Below, piece by piece: positions 53,915-62,367 of a stretch of 64,000 nucleotides of DNA; the stretch's first letter is position 1; each line of letters starts with the position of its first letter. A program made the position numbers and the translations under genes. The notes under the pieces were generated by a model. It did no database searches and had not been told where the DNA came from. It saw nothing but the letters and a program-made list of their open reading frames with translations. The DNA comes from Blastocatellia bacterium. Its GTDB lineage: Bacteria > Acidobacteriota > Blastocatellia > UBA7656. The stretch covers positions 46,655 through 110,654 of the forward strand of contig DASUNP010000096.1 of the NCBI GenBank assembly GCA_036277095.1, in the 5' to 3' direction.

Positions 53915-53943
53915 TTGACATTCAATAAGCGCAGTCTTAAAAT
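53915..53943 (+). promoter_or_regulatory. Sigma70-like promoter of the ogg gene
   Basis: TTGACA (53915-53920), 17 nt spacer, TAAAAT (53938-53943), 36 nt before the TTG start. Confidence 0.55.
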
Positions 53944-53978
53944 CCCTACAGCATCGAATTGCCGAAAGGGCAGCCGCT

Positions 53979-54620
53979 TTGACCGTCGAAGAGCTAAAGC
54001 AAATCTACCTGGAGAAGCGTCGAGAGATCCGATCAAGGCTGGCTGAGTTTGATGAAGTAGGGCGCACAGCCTCTGACGAAAAGCTATTTGAAGAACTCGT
54101 CTTTTGCATATACACAGCGGGCGCGAGCGCGCGAATGGGTTTGCGCTCGGTCGAAGCCGTCCGGCCTGTTTTGATGACCGGGGGGCTGCGAGATATTCAG
54201 CGCGCGCTCGACCACAGGCACCGCTGGCCCGAAGCGCGCGGCGCTTACACGTTTGAAACGCGCGAATACTTGCGCGAACACTCAGGTCTGCGCATGCGAG
54301 ATTTGCTTTCTAGCTTTGGGACGCCTGAAGAGCGCCGCGATTTTTTTGCCGCCAATCCGGGCGTGCGCGGGCTCGGGTATAAAGAGGCGAGCCACTTCTT
54401 GCGCAACGTAGGCTTTCGCGGTTACGCGATTCTTGACAAACACATACTGGGAAGGCTTGCGGAATTCGGGGTCATCGAAAGCCCCAAACCGCCGTCCACA
54501 AAAAAGAGGTACTTGGACCTTGAGCAAAAGCTGAAACATTTCTCCGAGCGCATCGATATAGATTTTGATGAGCTTGATTTGCTCTTGTGGTACACGAAGA
54601 CCGGGGAGATATTGAAATGA
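53979..54620 (+). CDS. Ogg2-type (archaeal-like) 8-oxoguanine DNA glycosylase / AP lyase
   Basis: 213 aa with TTG start. LFEELVFCIYTAGASA and the HhH block GLGYKEASHFLRNVGFRGYAILDKHIL, including the catalytic-Lys context. Confidence 0.75.
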   Translation: MTVEELKQIYLEKRREIRSRLAEFDEVGRTASDEKLFEELVFCIYTAGASARMGLRSVEAVRPVLMTGGLRDIQRALDHRHRWPEARGAYTFETREYLREHSGLRMRDLLSSFGTPEERRDFFAANPGVRGLGYKEASHFLRNVGFRGYAILDKHILGRLAEFGVIESPKPPSTKKRYLDLEQKLKHFSERIDIDFDELDLLLWYTKTGEILK

Positions 54621-56215
54621 AGGTCAAAGGTATCGAGAGCGCACGCTTCAGTTTCCGGTTCTCTTTTTACACCATAGTTCTCGTCATAGGGCTCGCGCTT
54701 ACACCCGCCGCGCCGCGCACCTCAGCCGAAAGCGGCGACCGCAAGCAGAAGGACCCGAACGAGAAGCATTATCGCGAAGCCAAGAAGAACATACGCGAAG
54801 GCAAGTACGACAAGGCTGTAATCGTCTACACAGATATTCTCAATAAAGACGAACGCGCCATACATGCGCACCTCGGCATGGCGCTCGCCTACGCCAAGAA
54901 GTTAAATTTTCAGGGCTGTTACGATCATGCAATCAAAGCTATTGAGATAGAACCGAACAACGCGCGGGCGCACGCCCTGGCGGGCCTCGCGCTGCTCAGG
55001 TCCGGGTATGTCCCAAGCGCCGTCGAGCGACTTGTTCAATCCGTCACCATCAACCCGAAAGAGGCGCTGGCGTTCGGGGCCGCCGCAGAGATCGATTACT
55101 ACGAAGGCCGTGCCAGGGATGCTCACGCAAAAGCCATCCACGCATATAACCTCGACCCGGAAGAGCCCGATTATCTGGTGACGCTCGCCCGCGCCTCGTC
55201 CCGGCTTGAAAGGTTTGGCGACGCCGCAGACGCCTACGAGATGTTCCTGCGGATAGCGCCGCAGACAGACCGTGAGCGCCGCGAGCGTATACAGGGGCTG
55301 ATTAATTTCTACCGCGAGTTGGCAGGCATAGAGGTGCATCAGGTCGGCGGCGCGAATTCGACGAACGTGCCGTTCGAGCTGGGCACGGACCGCCGCCCGT
55401 ATGTGAAGCTGAAGATCAACGGGCGGGACGCTACTTTCGTTATCGACACGGGCTCGGGTTTCACGGTGATCTCGAAAGACGCGGCCAAGCGGTTCGGCGT
55501 GTCAGAGATCGCGCGAGGCGGCAAGTCGCAGGGCGTAGGCGGGGACGGTAAATTCCAGATAATTTATGGGCTGATAAAATCGCTACAGCTCGGAGAGGCG
55601 CGTCTGCGCTCGGTGCCGTGTTTCATCCGCCCGTTTCACGGGACCAAAGAGCGACCCGGAGAGAGCCGCTCGGACGGCTTCATAGGCCTGTCGGTGCTTG
55701 CGCACTTTTTGACCGAGCTTGATTACAAAGACAGCGTCATGCGGCTCAACCGCCAGATCGGCCAGCAGCCCGTCCCCTTGCCGGCTTCCGTCGACGAGAC
55801 GGTCATCCCGTTCCGCACTACGCAAAACGGTTTGATAAGCGTAGAGACGGAGCTGGACGGCAATCACCGCATCAACGCGATACTCGATTCCGGCGCGAGC
55901 TCTACGGTGATCTCGACCGCGGCGGTCGAGCGGCTAAAGATGCGCGACCAGATAATCAAAGGTCAGACGGCTCGCGTGATTGGCGCGGCGGGGGTGAGCG
56001 ACAACGTCGAGCTCCTATTCATACGCAACTGCCGCGTGGCCGGCATTTCGCAAAACAACCTGCGGGCGCTGGTGCTTGATTTCGGCGCCATCAACGAGAC
56101 TTCCGGGTTCGAGCAAAGCGGCATACTGGGAGGCGACTTTCTCCGCCACTACCGCGTGACCATAGACTTCTCGCGCGCGCAGGTCACGCTCAAGCCGCAC
56201 ACCTCCCCCAAATAA
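54617..56215 (+). CDS. Exported or membrane-anchored TPR protein with two retropepsin-like aspartyl protease domains
   Basis: ATGA overlap with the ogg stop. Anchor FYTIVLVIGLALTPAAP. TPR repeats. Two active-site blocks FVIDTGSGFTVIS and AILDSGASSTVIS. Confidence 0.7.
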   Translation: MKVKGIESARFSFRFSFYTIVLVIGLALTPAAPRTSAESGDRKQKDPNEKHYREAKKNIREGKYDKAVIVYTDILNKDERAIHAHLGMALAYAKKLNFQGCYDHAIKAIEIEPNNARAHALAGLALLRSGYVPSAVERLVQSVTINPKEALAFGAAAEIDYYEGRARDAHAKAIHAYNLDPEEPDYLVTLARASSRLERFGDAADAYEMFLRIAPQTDRERRERIQGLINFYRELAGIEVHQVGGANSTNVPFELGTDRRPYVKLKINGRDATFVIDTGSGFTVISKDAAKRFGVSEIARGGKSQGVGGDGKFQIIYGLIKSLQLGEARLRSVPCFIRPFHGTKERPGESRSDGFIGLSVLAHFLTELDYKDSVMRLNRQIGQQPVPLPASVDETVIPFRTTQNGLISVETELDGNHRINAILDSGASSTVISTAAVERLKMRDQIIKGQTARVIGAAGVSDNVELLFIRNCRVAGISQNNLRALVLDFGAINETSGFEQSGILGGDFLRHYRVTIDFSRAQVTLKPHTSPK

Positions 56216-56253
56216 GTGCTGAGTGCTGTGTGAAGGACAAATACTCAGCACTC
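56216..56253. repeat. Hairpin, ctgagtg family
   Basis: AGTGCTGAG-(20 nt)-CTCAGCACT, starting 1 nt after the protease stop. Confidence 0.55.
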
Positions 56254-56299
56254 AGGACTTCTTCTCCGGGCCTGTGATAAAATCATTCTCGCGGCTATC

Positions 56300-56764
56300 A
56301 TGAAAAAGAGCATCTACCTTGAGACAAGCGTGATCGGCGCATACCTGGACAACGGCGAGCCATTTCGCCGCGACCTGACTATCAGGTGGTGGGAGCACGA
56401 GATGGCCGACTACGCGCCATACATCTCGCCGCTCGTGGTGCGCGAGCTTGAGCGTATGGACGAGCCTCGGCGGTCCGCTTATTTGAATCTGGTGCGCAAC
56501 GTGCCGCAGTTTGAAGTGACGGACGAAGCGGCCATACTGGCCGAAGGGTATGTCTCGCGCGGGATATTCCACCGCAAGTACATAGCCAACGCGCTTCACG
56601 TGGCTTTGGCTTCGGTCAACAAAGCCGACCTGATCGTGACGTGGGACTTCGGCTACATCGCGAACGTCCATCGCCAATCGCGCATAAAGTTGTTCAACAC
56701 CGTGGCGGGGTTCTTCGTGCCGATGATCGTGACGCCGGAGTTCTTGATTAACGCAGAGTTCTAA
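56300..56764 (+). CDS. PIN-like domain protein (VapC-type toxin family)
   Basis: 154 aa. N-terminal IYLETSVIGAYL, central VVRELERMDE, C-terminal ALHVALASVNKADLIVTWDFGYIAN: acidic-residue spacing of PIN folds. Confidence 0.6.
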   Translation: MKKSIYLETSVIGAYLDNGEPFRRDLTIRWWEHEMADYAPYISPLVVRELERMDEPRRSAYLNLVRNVPQFEVTDEAAILAEGYVSRGIFHRKYIANALHVALASVNKADLIVTWDFGYIANVHRQSRIKLFNTVAGFFVPMIVTPEFLINAEF

Positions 56765-56766
56765 GT

Positions 56767-56825
56767 AGTGCTGAGTACTGAGTCCTGAGTGAAAGATAAT
56801 TACTCAGGACTCAGTACTCAGCACT
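56767..56825. repeat. Hairpin, ctgagt heptamer family, 24-bp perfect stem
   Basis: agtgctgagtactgagtcctgagt (56767-56790), loop gaaagataatt, actcaggactcagtactcagcact (56802-56825). Confidence 0.8.
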
Positions 56826-56840
56826 CAGGACTTAGAAAAG

Positions 56841-57056
56841 ATGTATAGGAAGCCGAGATTTCTCGAAGAGCTGCACGCAATCCGCGAAGAGATGTCGCGC
56901 GAGTGCGACTATGACGTCGACCTGTTTGCGGAGATGGTGCGCAGGGGAGAGCGGCCTGATTATGGCCGGGCCAGAAATATTCGCGGCCTTCGCACTAACG
57001 CTCCCGCGCCTCCATTTGGCGACGAACAGACCCATTCAGAGCATACAAATGATTAA
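56841..57056 (+). CDS. Small protein, possible partner (antitoxin-like) of the PIN protein
   Basis: 71 aa. FLEELHAIREEMSRECDYDVDLFAEMVRRGER is helical, followed by a disordered tail. Third-position GC is high in the first ~35 codons. No clear SD. The stop overlaps the next gene's start by 8 nt. Confidence 0.4.
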   Translation: MYRKPRFLEELHAIREEMSRECDYDVDLFAEMVRRGERPDYGRARNIRGLRTNAPAPPFGDEQTHSEHTND

Positions 57057-58110
57057 AAAGTTTTATCTAATCTCTCTCTCAATTCTTTTACTACTGGCCT
57101 CTTTCGGCGCGATCTACGGGCAGAGCGCGCAGCGCCAGCCCGGCGCCTCGCCGCAAGTGACGCTCGACATCCCTTCAATCGCCGAGCGGGTCAATCAAGT
57201 TGTCGTCAACGTGCGGTCGAATTCCGAAGGCGGTGAGAACATCGGCAGCGGCTTCATAGTTGATCAGCGCGGGTTGATAGTCACGAACTTCCATCTGATC
57301 TCAAGCAGCGACCAGCGGCGCACGCCTCGCGGGCCGTCCCCAATAGGTCTGCCTAAGCTTGCCAACAGCGTCTCGGTCATACTGCACGACGGCCGCCAGT
57401 TTTCCGCCTCCGTCAAAGGGTACGATGAGGCTACCGACATCGCGCTTCTTGAGATAGTCCCTACAGGGTCGCCGCTCCCCGTGGCCGAGCTTGGCGACTC
57501 GGACGCGCTGAAAGTGGGCGAATGGGTCATAGCCATAGGCAATCCGCTGGGGCTGGATCACACGGTGACGCTCGGGATTGTGAGCGCGAAAGGGCGCACG
57601 GGGTTCGGCGGGAAGTTCGATGATTTTCTTCAGACTGACGCCGCGATCAACCCGGGCAATTCGGGCGGGCCGCTCGTAAACACTCAAGGCAAGATCGTCG
57701 GGATCAACACGCTCGTGCTTGAGCGGACACAGGGGCTGAGCTTCTCTATCCCGATAAATGCCATGAAAGCCATACTGCCTCAGCTCGTAGAGCGCGGCCG
57801 CGTGGCGCGCGGATTCCTGGGCGTCGAGACGCGCGATTTGAATGCCGACCTCCGAGGGTTGTTAAAACTACCGCCCACCGCGCGGGGCGTTCTCGTCATC
57901 CGCGCCGAGCGTGGCACGCCAGCCGCCCGCGCCGGCCTCAGAAGGGACGACCTGATCACCTCTGTCGACCGCGAGCCTGTCACCTCTTACGTGCAGTTCA
58001 ACCGCCTGATCGCAAGCAAGTCTCCGGGCACAAAGGTCGCGATACAGATCTTAAGAGACGGCCGCGAGTACAACTTATCCGCGGAGATAGCCGAAGAGGA
58101 GAGAAAATAG
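57049..58110 (+). CDS. HtrA-family serine protease with one PDZ domain
   Basis: Start at MIKKFYLISLSILLLLASFGAIYGQ (57049). Triad contexts TNFHLI, DIALLEI, GNSGGPLVN. PDZ segment LGVETRDL..GVLVIRAERGTPAARAGL. Confidence 0.85.
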   Translation: MIKKFYLISLSILLLLASFGAIYGQSAQRQPGASPQVTLDIPSIAERVNQVVVNVRSNSEGGENIGSGFIVDQRGLIVTNFHLISSSDQRRTPRGPSPIGLPKLANSVSVILHDGRQFSASVKGYDEATDIALLEIVPTGSPLPVAELGDSDALKVGEWVIAIGNPLGLDHTVTLGIVSAKGRTGFGGKFDDFLQTDAAINPGNSGGPLVNTQGKIVGINTLVLERTQGLSFSIPINAMKAILPQLVERGRVARGFLGVETRDLNADLRGLLKLPPTARGVLVIRAERGTPAARAGLRRDDLITSVDREPVTSYVQFNRLIASKSPGTKVAIQILRDGREYNLSAEIAEEERK

Positions 58111-58145
58111 GAATCTCAGATTTGAAATCTCAAATTTCAAATCCG
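58111..58145. repeat. Five tandem heptamers (aaatctc family)
   Basis: gaatctc agatttg aaatctc aaatttc aaatccg, starting 1 nt after the htrA-like stop. Contains small palindromes GATTTgAAATC and TGAAAT..ATTTCA. Confidence 0.65.
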
Positions 58146-58156
58146 CTGCCCTTGCT

Positions 58157-58996
58157 ATGAATGAACGGCCTTTTGACTCCGAACTTCCAGGCGATGGGGT
58201 GATGGTCGAGCTGTTCGCGAGCATAGGATTTGAGGTCGCCGACGAAGACTCCTATAATCTCCTCGCCGAGTATGCCGAAAACAGCGGCGAGCGCAGCCGC
58301 GTGCATCGCGGCGACGTGACCCTGCACGGGCGATGCTGGAAGCTTTCGGATGGGCTCGAAGTCTGGTCGATACTCTACGAGCGCGCGGCGGAGATTTACT
58401 ACGCCGACTGCCGCCCCGCCTTTCGCAGCCGCTACGTCCATCACGTGCAGCCCTGGGAGCTGATCGAGTACGACGAAGACGGCGAGGCGATAGTCAGGGG
58501 GCTGCTGCCCAGCGGCACAGAGGTGATCTTCGAGCTACAGAACCTGACCGAGCTGAACCCTTGCGTCTTCCGCGAAGGGTTTCTGCACATCGCGCTGGCG
58601 GGCCTGGCTTACAGCGCGCAGGTGCAGGCGGTCGGCGAAGGCGAGTTCACTTCGACACGGTTCGAGCTGGCCGAGCGGCTGCCGGGGCTGGCCGAGGAGG
58701 CTTGCGAAAACGATTATTTCATACGCGGTCGCGTGCTGGCCTGGCGCGACATACAAAACCCCGTGACTCAAAGCGAACTGGTCTGGCTTTACGTCGACTG
58801 CGGGAAGGTCCGGCTTGAAATCCTGGCGAACCGGCGCACCATGCGCGGGCGGCTGAATATAGGAGCCTCTATCGCCGCAAGCGTTTGGCTGCAGGGGCAC
58901 GTTTTGGAAGAGACGGAGATAGAAGCCCGCTACGAAGGCGTCGATCGCGATTTCGAGCCGAGCGATTTCTGGGCCCGCCTCCGCCGGGACAATTAG
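58157..58996 (+). CDS. Cytoplasmic hypothetical protein
   Basis: 279 aa, acidic, with no signal peptide or TM helix and no motif I recognise. Coding-like composition, whereas the overlapping ORFs 58333..58818 and 58535..58900 are Arg-rich. Confidence 0.55.
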   Translation: MNERPFDSELPGDGVMVELFASIGFEVADEDSYNLLAEYAENSGERSRVHRGDVTLHGRCWKLSDGLEVWSILYERAAEIYYADCRPAFRSRYVHHVQPWELIEYDEDGEAIVRGLLPSGTEVIFELQNLTELNPCVFREGFLHIALAGLAYSAQVQAVGEGEFTSTRFELAERLPGLAEEACENDYFIRGRVLAWRDIQNPVTQSELVWLYVDCGKVRLEILANRRTMRGRLNIGASIAASVWLQGHVLEETEIEARYEGVDRDFEPSDFWARLRRDN

Positions 58997-59053
58997 CAGG
59001 GGTCAGGGATCAGGAATTTGAAATCTCAGATGCCCTGCCCCCCGGCCCCCGAC
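58996..59053. repeat. Degenerate short copy of the G-arm / AT-core / C-arm composite element
   Basis: gcaggggtcagggatcagg - aatttgaaatctcagat - gccctgccccccggcccccgac. The arms pair only weakly. It ends 5 nt before the ATG at 59059. Confidence 0.5.
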
Positions 59054-59058
59054 AGAAT

Positions 59059-59673
59059 ATGCGCAAGAGAATAACGATTCTCCTTATCATTGTGCTGCTC
59101 GGGATGGCGGTGGGCTTCGGCGCCTGGTATTACTGGACACACAGGTATGACAAGCTCATCGTGCAGATCGCCGCGCAGTACGACCTGGACCCGGAGTTGG
59201 TTAAGGCCATAGTTTACGAAGAATCTTTCTTTAACCCGCGCGCGCACAGCCCGCAAAATGCGGTCGGGCTGATGCAAGTCACCCCGATTGCTGCGCAGGA
59301 ATGGGTCGCGGCAAAGCGCTCGCGCTCGCTTGCGGAAGCCGTAGCCCCGTTGTTGAGCAACCCGCCGGCTGGGCGCGAGATCAGCTTTGAAGAGGCGCTG
59401 AGCAACCCCGTCGTGAGCCTCCACGTGGGCTGCTGGTATCTCCAGAATCTGCTCGCGCGTTACGCGGACGAACCGCACCCGCTCGCGGTCTCTTTAGCCG
59501 CCTATAACGCCGGCCCAACGAACGTAGAGCGATGGGCTTCCAGCTCGGACCGCTTGACGCTATCGCGCGATGAATTCATTGGGCGGATACAGTTTCCCGT
59601 CACCCGCGATTACGTGGAAAGCATCCTTGAGCGCTACGATTACTACAAGCGCGACCGCGATATAAGACAGTAA
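59059..59673 (+). CDS. Membrane-anchored lytic transglycosylase (SLT domain)
   Basis: Start at MRKRITILLIIVLLGMAVGF (59059). AIVYEESFFNPRAHSPQNAVGLMQVTP and AYNAGPTNV are SLT motifs. Confidence 0.8.
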   Translation: MRKRITILLIIVLLGMAVGFGAWYYWTHRYDKLIVQIAAQYDLDPELVKAIVYEESFFNPRAHSPQNAVGLMQVTPIAAQEWVAAKRSRSLAEAVAPLLSNPPAGREISFEEALSNPVVSLHVGCWYLQNLLARYADEPHPLAVSLAAYNAGPTNVERWASSSDRLTLSRDEFIGRIQFPVTRDYVESILERYDYYKRDRDIRQ

Positions 59674-59894
59674 ATAACCCTCTCAATTCATTCACGCCTT
59701 TCGCCTTTACGGTCAAAGTGAACGATCCCGTTTGTCGGCGACAGCCAGTTTGACCGTAGCCTATCTCCACACGCCGAACTGGGGACGGCTTACCGGATCT
59801 AAACTCTAGATATAAAGCCTTTAAAAATAGCACAGGCGCGCCCACCGGGCGGCACGGGCGTTGAATAGATGTGTAGTGTGATTGGCCTCGGAGA

Positions 59895-62351
59895 TTGATC
59901 TTGAAACGAGCAGTGCATCTATTCTCAAGAATATTCTTAAACGTACTGCCTGTTGCGGGCGCGGCAGCGCTCGGTTATTCGATCTACCGGCTGTGGCTAG
60001 AGCCCGTGCGGGCCGATTGGATGCTGACGCTCACGTTCCTGTTGCTGCTCGCCTCTCAGATAGACGTGCGCCTGCCCGGTGTGCGCAGCAAGATGACGCT
60101 TACGGATATTTTTATTTACGTCGGCGTCTTCACGCTGAACCCGTGGGCCGCGACGATTCTTGGCTCGATAGACGGGCTGGCGACCTCGCTGCGCAACGTC
60201 AAGCGGCTTGCGACTGCGATGATAAACATGGCCGCGATGAACCTGGCCGTGCTGGGCGCGTCGCTGATCGCGTCGAAACTGTTCGGGCCGATAGACCTTC
60301 TGGTCTTCGACGCAGGCAGGCTCGATCATTTTGCCCTGGCGCTGGCCGTGCTGGCGCTTGTAATCTATCTCATCAACACGGGCCTGATCGCCGCGACGCT
60401 CGCCTTCAAGCGCAATCAGCCGTTCGTCAAGACCTGGCTTGAGAATTATCTCTGGACCTCCGTGGCCTATTTCGTGGGGATGCTGGCTGCGGGGGCAATC
60501 GCAAAATCGATCACGGTCTTCGGCTTCTACTCGCTCTTTTTGTCAGGCCCGGTGCTGGGCTTCACATACTTCACTTACTACACGTACCTGAGAAAGGTCG
60601 AGAGGTCGAACCACCGCATCGATATGCTCACGAAGCTGCACCTGGCGACCATCGAATCTTTGACTATGGCGATAGACGCTAAAGACCCCGCGACGCGCGG
60701 CCACATACAGCGCGTCCGCGTGCTGGCCGAGGGACTGGGCCGCGCGGTCGGCTACCCCGAAGACCAGATGGAAGGGCTGAAGGCGGCGGCGCTGCTGCAC
60801 GACATAGGCAAACTCGCCGTGCCCGAGCACATACTGAGCAAGCCGGGCAAGCTCTCAAGCGCAGAGTACTCGAAGGTGATGATCCACCCCGTGGTGGCCG
60901 CAGACATCTTGAGCAACGTCGAGTTCCCTTATGAAGTGGTTCCGATAGTCAAACACCACCACGAGAAGTTTGACGGCACGGGCTACCCGGCGGGGCTGCG
61001 CGGCGAAGACATACCGCTCGGCGCGCGAATACTCACGGTAGTCGACTGCTACGACGCGCTGACGACGAGCCGGCCCTACCGGCCCCGCTTCAACCGCGAG
61101 CAGGCGATTGAGCTCATGCGCCGCGAATCGAGCCGCACTTTTGATCCCGAGCTGCTCGATAAATTCATCGCAATAATCGAATCAATCGAAGGGGCGCTGC
61201 CTGCCGTGAACTCGCCTAAGGTATCGCTGATCGACATAGAGCCTATGCCCACGGGGCGAATGCTTGAGCCTTCGTTCGCGGTCGGCGCAAGGACGCGGAC
61301 CGAAAAGGCGCTCAGGGACATCTCTGCCGCGCAGAGAGAGGTGCTTTCGCTTTACGAGATTTCGCAGACGCTGGGCTCGACTCTGAAGCTCTCCGAAGTT
61401 TTGCCGATCGTGGCGACGAAGCTTGAGAACATCGCCAACTTTACGACGCTTGTAATCTACCTCGCCGAAGGCAACGAGCTGCGCGCGGCGCACGTCATCG
61501 GCAAGAACGCCGAGGCGCTGAAGTTTGCGGAGATGAACATAGGCGAAGGCGGAGCCGGGTGGGTGGCGCAGCACCGCCAGGTGCTGATCGGCGGGAGCCC
61601 GCTCGCCGACCTTGAGCGTGTCATCGGCCCGGCGGCTACGACTTACAGGTCCACGGCCATATTCCCGCTCGTGCGCGAAGAGACGCTCGTAGGGACTCTC
61701 GCCCTCTACTCGGAAGAAGACCGGGGTTACTCGGCTGACGAGGTGAGGCTGCTTGAGACGATCACAAATCATGCTGCGGCTGCGGTCCACAACGCGCTGG
61801 CCTTCGAGCGCACGCAGGAGTCCGCCCTGACCGACAACCTGACGGGGCTGCCGAACTCGCGTTATATGTACAGCTTCTTCGACCAGGAGCAGAGCCGAGC
61901 CGAGCGCCACGGCTACCCGCTCGTCCTGATGATGATGGACCTGGACGGGTTCAAGAGGATCAATGACACGTACGGCCATCACGTCGGCGACGAGATACTG
62001 CGCCGCGTGGCTCACATCGCGCGCAACCAGTTGCGCACGGGGGATACGCTTATACGCTACGCCGGCGACGAGTTCGTGGCGGTCCTGCACCGCGCCACGC
62101 CCGACATGGTCCTGGACCTGAAGATGCGCATGCAGTCGGCCGTAGACAACTACGCCCACGAAGTCCGCCTGGGCCGCATAGCGCGCGTGGGCCTCTCGAT
62201 AGGCTATGCGACTTTCGGCCTCGATGGGATGGCGATAGATGAGCTGATGGAAGTGGCCGATCAGCGCATGTATGAGGACAAGATAGACCGCAAGCGCAAC
62301 GCCTCGGCCTTGCGCGTAGCGGCATTTCCGGGCAAAGCGCCCGCAGTTTAA
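59895..62351 (+). CDS. Multi-TM sensor with HD-GYP phosphodiesterase, GAF and GGDEF (AGDEF) domains
   Basis: 818 aa with about 7 N-terminal TM helices. HD-GYP motifs HDIGKLAVPE and HHEKFDGTGYPAGL. GAF-like region 61330-61800. GGDEF motifs DLDGFKRINDTYGHHVGD and RTGDTLIRYAGDEF (RxxD I-site 5 residues before AGDEF). Confidence 0.85.
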   Translation: MILKRAVHLFSRIFLNVLPVAGAAALGYSIYRLWLEPVRADWMLTLTFLLLLASQIDVRLPGVRSKMTLTDIFIYVGVFTLNPWAATILGSIDGLATSLRNVKRLATAMINMAAMNLAVLGASLIASKLFGPIDLLVFDAGRLDHFALALAVLALVIYLINTGLIAATLAFKRNQPFVKTWLENYLWTSVAYFVGMLAAGAIAKSITVFGFYSLFLSGPVLGFTYFTYYTYLRKVERSNHRIDMLTKLHLATIESLTMAIDAKDPATRGHIQRVRVLAEGLGRAVGYPEDQMEGLKAAALLHDIGKLAVPEHILSKPGKLSSAEYSKVMIHPVVAADILSNVEFPYEVVPIVKHHHEKFDGTGYPAGLRGEDIPLGARILTVVDCYDALTTSRPYRPRFNREQAIELMRRESSRTFDPELLDKFIAIIESIEGALPAVNSPKVSLIDIEPMPTGRMLEPSFAVGARTRTEKALRDISAAQREVLSLYEISQTLGSTLKLSEVLPIVATKLENIANFTTLVIYLAEGNELRAAHVIGKNAEALKFAEMNIGEGGAGWVAQHRQVLIGGSPLADLERVIGPAATTYRSTAIFPLVREETLVGTLALYSEEDRGYSADEVRLLETITNHAAAAVHNALAFERTQESALTDNLTGLPNSRYMYSFFDQEQSRAERHGYPLVLMMMDLDGFKRINDTYGHHVGDEILRRVAHIARNQLRTGDTLIRYAGDEFVAVLHRATPDMVLDLKMRMQSAVDNYAHEVRLGRIARVGLSIGYATFGLDGMAIDELMEVADQRMYEDKIDRKRNASALRVAAFPGKAPAV

Positions 62352-62367
62352 GAAGAAGGGTATTAGC

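Noticed and set aside
7950-59053. Interpreting the recurring hairpin or heptamer elements as CRISPR arrays
   Set aside because: There are no regularly spaced identical direct repeats with unique spacers and no cas genes. The units are 7-8 nt and arranged as inverted arms, scattered singly between genes.
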